IMG/VR virus record: IMGVR_UViG_3300030012_003336
Coordinates: 1 to 60,601 of that record
Length of the DNA stretch: 60,601 nt
Source: a virus
Lineage: Duplodnaviria; Caudoviricetes
Strand: one strand, 5' to 3'
Shown here: piece after piece, positions 55,720-60,601 of the stretch
Position numbering within the stretch: the first letter of the stretch is position 1
How the letters are laid out: each line of letters starts with the position of its first letter
Notes under the pieces: generated by a model
The model's input: the letters and a program-made list of their open reading frames with translations, nothing else
What the model was told of the DNA's origin: nothing
Database searches by the model: none
Made by a program: the position numbers and the translations under genes

Positions 55720-58700
55720 TCCGGTGACAATGCCACTTCAATGTCGTCGTCGTCAACTGGTTCCGGTCCATCATCCCCAGATTCTTGCTCTGGCTCAGGT
55801 TCTGGCTCAGGCTCAACATCAGGCTCTAGCGTAATCTTCTCAATATCCTTACGCTCTCCATAGATCGTGTAGAAGTAGTCTTCACCACCCTCGACCTCCA
55901 CGTTGCCATCTTCGTCGATGCTCTTAACAACCAGATCCTGTTTTGCTCCATATGGGGTCAGGTCCACCGTCATTGTCGAAACATCAACTAAACCGGCCCA
56001 GTAATCTGGGACAGGAATAGTCGATTCAGTAGTCCGGCCACGATAGTAAACAGCGTGTTCTGGACCCTCAAGGCAACCGTGAACAAGGTGCTTGTCTTCC
56101 TTCGTCGGGTGCTCGATGCGGAATGATTTTGAGTTCGCTACAAACGAACCATTCACTTGAAGCGCGTAGCTACCCAAGCCAGATGATGTTCCGATACCGA
56201 CGACCCCTTGGATCATCATGCCGTTGGAAGGAGCTGCGCCACCTACATAACTTGCACCAACAGCAACGCCGCCGGATACTGCCATCTTGCTGCCCGGACT
56301 GGTGGTCCCCACACCCAGTCTACCGGCGCTGGTAATCGTTACGCCGCCGCTGGCAGAACTGGTGCCGCCGTTAGGCCTGAACCTAAATCCTTTGCTGGTC
56401 GATGCAGCAAAATACATGTGGTCCGAGCTGTTAGCAAAGATCCTATGATGACCGTTAGTTAAGTTGGTGGTGCCAATACCAATCGCTCCGTAGTCTGACC
56501 CAAAAGTCCCATCAGCGTCGATCTTGGTCGTAGCATCCGTGACAGTAAGCTCAGAGAATGAAACGGAGCTTCCCGATGCTACAAAATTAGAGCCGTTGGT
56601 TAGCTGGTTGGTATTGGTAGGAATCGTAGTAGAGTTATAAGCATTCGACCCAAATATCTCACTGAACCTCTTTCTTCTTTGCGCTCCATTATCAAGAAGA
56701 ACTAATTCATCTTGAGATGTGTTGACGGAAGAAGTCATATCAGTCAACTCACTGAGATCAACATTAACAGTCGGAGTAGCTGTGCCACTATCATCAACAT
56801 CTATTAAAGTGCCAGCATCAATCCCTGTTACTGTTCCAGTATTAGCAGTGGCACCACTTGCAATCCCATCTAGCTTCGCTCCGTCAGATGCTACGTCCCT
56901 GCCGTCAACGGTGCCGCTTACAGTGATGTTAGTGAAGTCACCCGCACCATCTACTTTAATACCCCCAACTACAGTTCCGCTACGATCTACCCTGTAGGCG
57001 TATTCGGCGGTAGTTTTATTAGTAGTGCTAACATTAAAGTTAGGGCCATCAACATTCAGGTTATTAGTATTATTGACTACGCCGGTTAGTGTTAGGTCTC
57101 CAGCAACAGTGTCATCGACATCACTTCTTACAAATGCACTACCAGCAATACCGTCAAGAGTATCCGCATCTAAGCCCGACCCGCCACCGTCAACAGTCTT
57201 GATAAGCGTGAGAATCTCACTAGCGGTCTGGTCTGCCGTAGCACCAGACTCAATGCCGTCGAGCTTCGAGCCGTCCGCAGAAACATCACGCCCGTCTACT
57301 GTATTGCCTCCCCCTAAGGTAAGGTTCCCAGCAATATTTGTATCTTGGTTTATCTGTATTTCTTCGGAGCCATTAGTGGTTACAAAACGAAGATAAAGAT
57401 TACTTCCTTCTTTTACTTCAAGAGCTGCGCCCTGATTGTCAGTAAGAAGAATATCACTGTTATTAACTTCTAAGTTATGTCCACTCTGAAGTGTGAGATC
57501 GCCGTCGATGCTCAAGTCCCCTGTCAAGGTATCACTCGTGTCTGATCTCAAGAATGAGGCAGAGCTAATCCCGTCGAGGGTGTCGGCGTCTAGTCCAGAT
57601 CCAGATCCATCAACAGTCTTGATAAGCGTGAGAATCTCACTGGCTGTCTGATCTGCCGTAGCACCAGACTCAATGCCGTCGAGCTTCGAGCCGTCAGATG
57701 CTACGTCCCTGCCGTCAACCGTTCCAGCGAGTGTGACGTTACCATTTTCCCCATCAACTTTAAATAGCTCGCTGCTGATTGTGCCCGTCCCTTCTCCATG
57801 TCTTCCGATAAGGAAATCAGCACCTGAGCTATTATTGTTGTTCGAGTCGAGGTCAATATAGAGTGCTCCGAAACTGCTGATTCTAATATCATCATTAGCA
57901 TTTCCGTTCTGATCCCTTGATTGGATTGAGTGTCGGACGTTGCCGTCACCATAGAAGGTGATAGCTTTGTCCCGCTCCAAGTCAATATCCCCATCCATTG
58001 TTATAGACCCCGTCATCGTTCCACCAGACAAAGGCAGCTTGGTAGCGATGCTGTTGGTAACAGTGGTCGAGAAGTTGGCGTCATCGCCAAGAGCTGCGGC
58101 CAGCTCGTTCAGCGTGTTGAGCGCGGACGGTGCAGAGTCTACAATAGCTGCGGCAGCAGCGTCTGCGTAAGCCGTGGTCGCAATGCGAGTTGAGTTGTTA
58201 CCGGCGCTTTGAGTCGGAGCAGTTGGGTTGCCCGTCAACGCCGCGCTGGAAAACATCGTAGCCTTGGACTCGTTAGTGACGTTGCCTAAGCCGATAGAAG
58301 ATGGAGTGACAGAGAAGTCCAACGTCCCATCTCCGTCTTGATAGGTCACGGTAATACCTGTCTCAGTATTACTAGAAACCATCCCACCGACGATGTCCTG
58401 GACTTGCTCGTTTGAAAGTTGGGTATTAGTGTCAGTAGCGGCAATAGTTCCGTCGGTTCCTATACTAATGTTGCTGCCAGCGGTTAGAGCTGCTACCACA
58501 TTGGCTGTGTCGGTTACGTCCGCACTGGCTTCTATCCCGTCGAGTTTCGATCCGTCCGAAGAGACATCACGCCCGTCTACATTTCCAACATTGGTTATCG
58601 CAAAACCACCAGCATTAAGAGAACCAGACAGAGTTACTTGTGCGGTTTCCCCATCAACTTTAAACAAAGTGCTGCTGATTGTGCCTGTCGAATCCCCGTG

Positions 58701-60601
58701 TCTTCCGACAATAAAATCAGCGGATGAACTGTTGTTACTGTTTGAGTCGAGGTTAATTAATAGCGACCCGTAACTGTTAATTCTAAGATCGTCGGCAGTG
58801 CTACCATCAATACCCCTAGACTGAATTGAGTGGCGTAGACTGGAATCACCGAAGAAGGTGATAGCTTTGTCCTGTGCCATATCAATATCACCAGAAGGCA
58901 CTAAACGTCCGCAGATAATTTCTGAATCAGAATTCTTTAGTTGAATCCCCCCACTATTCAGATTGATATTACCGGTCATCGTGCCGCCGGTCTTCATCAG
59001 CGCACCGGCTGCGGACACGTTGGTCGCATCAGTTACGTCCGCACTAGCTTCGATAGCGTTTAACTTCGAGTGATCGGCGTCAGTGAATACGTTCGAGTCC
59101 GATGCAGACTCTACTAGCGTGCGTATCTCACTAGCAGTCTGATCAGCGGTAGCTCCAGTCTCAATCCCGTCGAGCTTACTGTGATCAGCATTTGTAAAAT
59201 TGTTATCTGTTTGCGAAGCGACAGCGAAGTCGAGCGTTCCGTCTCCATCTCGATACGTTACGGTGATGCCGGTCTCAGTGTTGCTCGACACCATCGCGCC
59301 GACGATATCTTGGACCTGCTCATCACTGAGCGAGATAGTTCCATCACCCGCAATAGTAATGTTACTACCCGCAGTCAGCGCAGCTACTACGTTGGTCGTA
59401 TCGGTTACGTCCGCGCTCGCTTCGATGCCATCCAACTTACTGTGGTCGGCGGTAGTGAAGTTCTCGTCTGTTTGAGATGCAACACTGAAGTCAATCGTGC
59501 CATCTCCATCTCGATACGTTACGGTAATACCAGATTCAGTGTTGCTCGACACCATCGCGCCAACGATATCTTGGACCTGCTCGTCAGACAGTTGGGTGTT
59601 AGTGTCAGTGGCAGCAATAGTTCCGTCGGACCCTATCGAAATATTAGAACCCGCAGTTAGAGCTGCTACCACATTGGCTGTATCGGTTACGTCCGCACTA
59701 GCCTCAATACCATTCAGCTTTGAATGATCAGCATCGGTAAACACATTTGAGTCGGAAGCTGATTCAACCAACGTGCGGATCTCGCTCGCGGTCTGGTCAG
59801 CAGTAGCCCCAGTCTCGATGCCATTTAGCTTTGTGTGGTCAGCATCGGTGAAGTTCTGATCCGTCTGAGAAGCAACGCTGAAGTCCAACGTGCCATCTGC
59901 ATCTTGATAAGTGACGGTGATTCCACTCTCAGAGTTGCTGCTCACCATCGCCCCAACAATGTCCTGCACCTGCTCGTTAGACAGTTGGGTGTTCGTGTCA
60001 GTAGCGGAAATAGTTCCGTCAGATCCTATCGAAATATTAGAACCTGCGGATAACGCTGCGACCACATTCGCTGTATCAGTAACGTCTGCACTGGCTTCGA
60101 TCGCATTTAACTTCGAGTGATCGGCGTCAGTGAATACATTGGAGTCGGAGGCTGACTCTACTAACGTGCGGATCTCACTAGCGGTCTGATCGGCTGTAGC
60201 ACCAGATTCGATCCCGTCGAGTTTAGAACCGTCAGATGCTACGTCCCTGCCATCAACGGTGCCAGTTACACTAATATTACCGAGGACTGACAGAGGGGTG
60301 CCAGTGTCTCTATGGATGTAAACAAGATCGACTCCAAAATCAGATGCAATTCTTCCCTTGAACTCTAGTCTATCGTTAGCGCCGTTGTAATCTATTTGAA
60401 AATGAGGATCGGTGCCTGTTTCACTAAATATAATTGAACCATTAGGATCAGTGTTTGCCCCAGAATTATCAAACAGAGTTATGGTAGGGTCAGTTTTAGC
60501 AATCGTTAGATCGCCGGACGTTGTGTCATTTGCGTCTGACCTCAAGAACGAGGCAGAACTAATCCCGTCGAGGGTGTCGGCGTCTAACCCTGATCCAGCG
60601 C
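55716..60601 (-). CDS. Giant tail fibre, C-terminal part (enters from right edge)
   Basis: Frame stays open past the TTG at 60545 to the window edge; same repeats as 1-7061; duplicated knob-like domain; terminal KSFRIEHP..LVHGCLEGPE..VYYRG domain. Confidence 0.9.
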   Translation of the reverse strand, partial: AGSGLDADTLDGISSASFLRSDANDTTSGDLTIAKTDPTITLFDNSGANTDPNGSIIFSETGTDPHFQIDYNGANDRLEFKGRIASDFGVDLVYIHRDTGTPLSVLGNISVTGTVDGRDVASDGSKLDGIESGATADQTASEIRTLVESASDSNVFTDADHSKLNAIEASADVTDTANVVAALSAGSNISIGSDGTISATDTNTQLSNEQVQDIVGAMVSSNSESGITVTYQDADGTLDFSVASQTDQNFTDADHTKLNGIETGATADQTASEIRTLVESASDSNVFTDADHSKLNGIEASADVTDTANVVAALTAGSNISIGSDGTIAATDTNTQLSDEQVQDIVGAMVSSNTESGITVTYRDGDGTIDFSVASQTDENFTTADHSKLDGIEASADVTDTTNVVAALTAGSNITIAGDGTISLSDEQVQDIVGAMVSSNTETGITVTYRDGDGTLDFAVASQTDNNFTNADHSKLDGIETGATADQTASEIRTLVESASDSNVFTDADHSKLNAIEASADVTDATNVSAAGALMKTGGTMTGNINLNSGGIQLKNSDSEIICGRLVPSGDIDMAQDKAITFFGDSSLRHSIQSRGIDGSTADDLRINSYGSLLINLDSNSNNSSSADFIVGRHGDSTGTISSTLFKVDGETAQVTLSGSLNAGGFAITNVGNVDGRDVSSDGSKLDGIEASADVTDTANVVAALTAGSNISIGTDGTIAATDTNTQLSNEQVQDIVGGMVSSNTETGITVTYQDGDGTLDFSVTPSSIGLGNVTNESKATMFSSAALTGNPTAPTQSAGNNSTRIATTAYADAAAAAIVDSAPSALNTLNELAAALGDDANFSTTVTNSIATKLPLSGGTMTGSITMDGDIDLERDKAITFYGDGNVRHSIQSRDQNGNANDDIRISSFGALYIDLDSNNNNSSGADFLIGRHGEGTGTISSELFKVDGENGNVTLAGTVDGRDVASDGSKLDGIESGATADQTASEILTLIKTVDGSGSGLDADTLDGISSASFLRSDTSDTLTGDLSIDGDLTLQSGHNLEVNNSDILLTDNQGAALEVKEGSNLYLRFVTTNGSEEIQINQDTNIAGNLTLGGGNTVDGRDVSADGSKLDGIESGATADQTASEILTLIKTVDGGGSGLDADTLDGIAGSAFVRSDVDDTVAGDLTLTGVVNNTNNLNVDGPNFNVSTTNKTTAEYAYRVDRSGTVVGGIKVDGAGDFTNITVSGTVDGRDVASDGAKLDGIASGATANTGTVTGIDAGTLIDVDDSGTATPTVNVDLSELTDMTSSVNTSQDELVLLDNGAQRRKRFSEIFGSNAYNSTTIPTNTNQLTNGSNFVASGSSVSFSELTVTDATTKIDADGTFGSDYGAIGIGTTNLTNGHHRIFANSSDHMYFAASTSKGFRFRPNGGTSSASGGVTITSAGRLGVGTTSPGSKMAVSGGVAVGASYVGGAAPSNGMMIQGVVGIGTSSGLGSYALQVNGSFVANSKSFRIEHPTKEDKHLVHGCLEGPEHAVYYRGRTTESTIPVPDYWAGLVDVSTMTVDLTPYGAKQDLVVKSIDEDGNVEVEGGEDYFYTIYGERKDIEKITLEPDVEPEPEPEPEQESGDDGPEPVDDDDIEVALSPE

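Noticed and set aside
60541-60601. Exact terminal repeat or seamless circular join with position 1
   Set aside because: The two ends match different parts of the repeat unit and joining them shifts the frame, so sequence is missing

Overview
Near-complete ~60.6 kb dsDNA tailed-phage genome. It is podovirus-like: portal, scaffold, capsid, terminase and three putative internal/ejected proteins are present, and I found no tape measure, tail tube or sheath gene. The contig is broken inside one giant repetitive tail-fibre gene. Its N-terminal part runs off the left edge (7061->1, missed by the ORF track) and its C-terminal part enters from the right edge (60601->55716), giving at least ~3,980 aa if both parts are one gene. 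Layout: head module with an inserted C5 methyltransferase (7-16 kb); small membrane-protein cassette (15.8-16.5 kb); strand switch and probable genome end (~17.5 kb); CCGG-saturated early region (17.6-21 kb); SF2 helicase; 3,486-aa virion protein; terminase; replication module (RuvC-like, Cas4-like nuclease, putative SSB, PolA, primase-helicase); basic proteins; lysis cassette; tail genes; GT-A glycosyltransferase. No integrase, tRNA, rRNA or CRISPR array was seen. Best leads: (1) an unannotated 67-aa type IV prepilin-like mini-protein with its own leaderless promoter; (2) a methyltransferase whose motif IX lies in an overprinted +1 frame; (3) dense CCGG arrays ahead of early promoters; (4) a recurring ASGL motif bracketing zincin domains in the giant protein; (5) structured RNA elements ahead of the capsid and polymerase genes; (6) widespread leaderless promoters. 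All family assignments come from motif recognition by eye; no database search was run.
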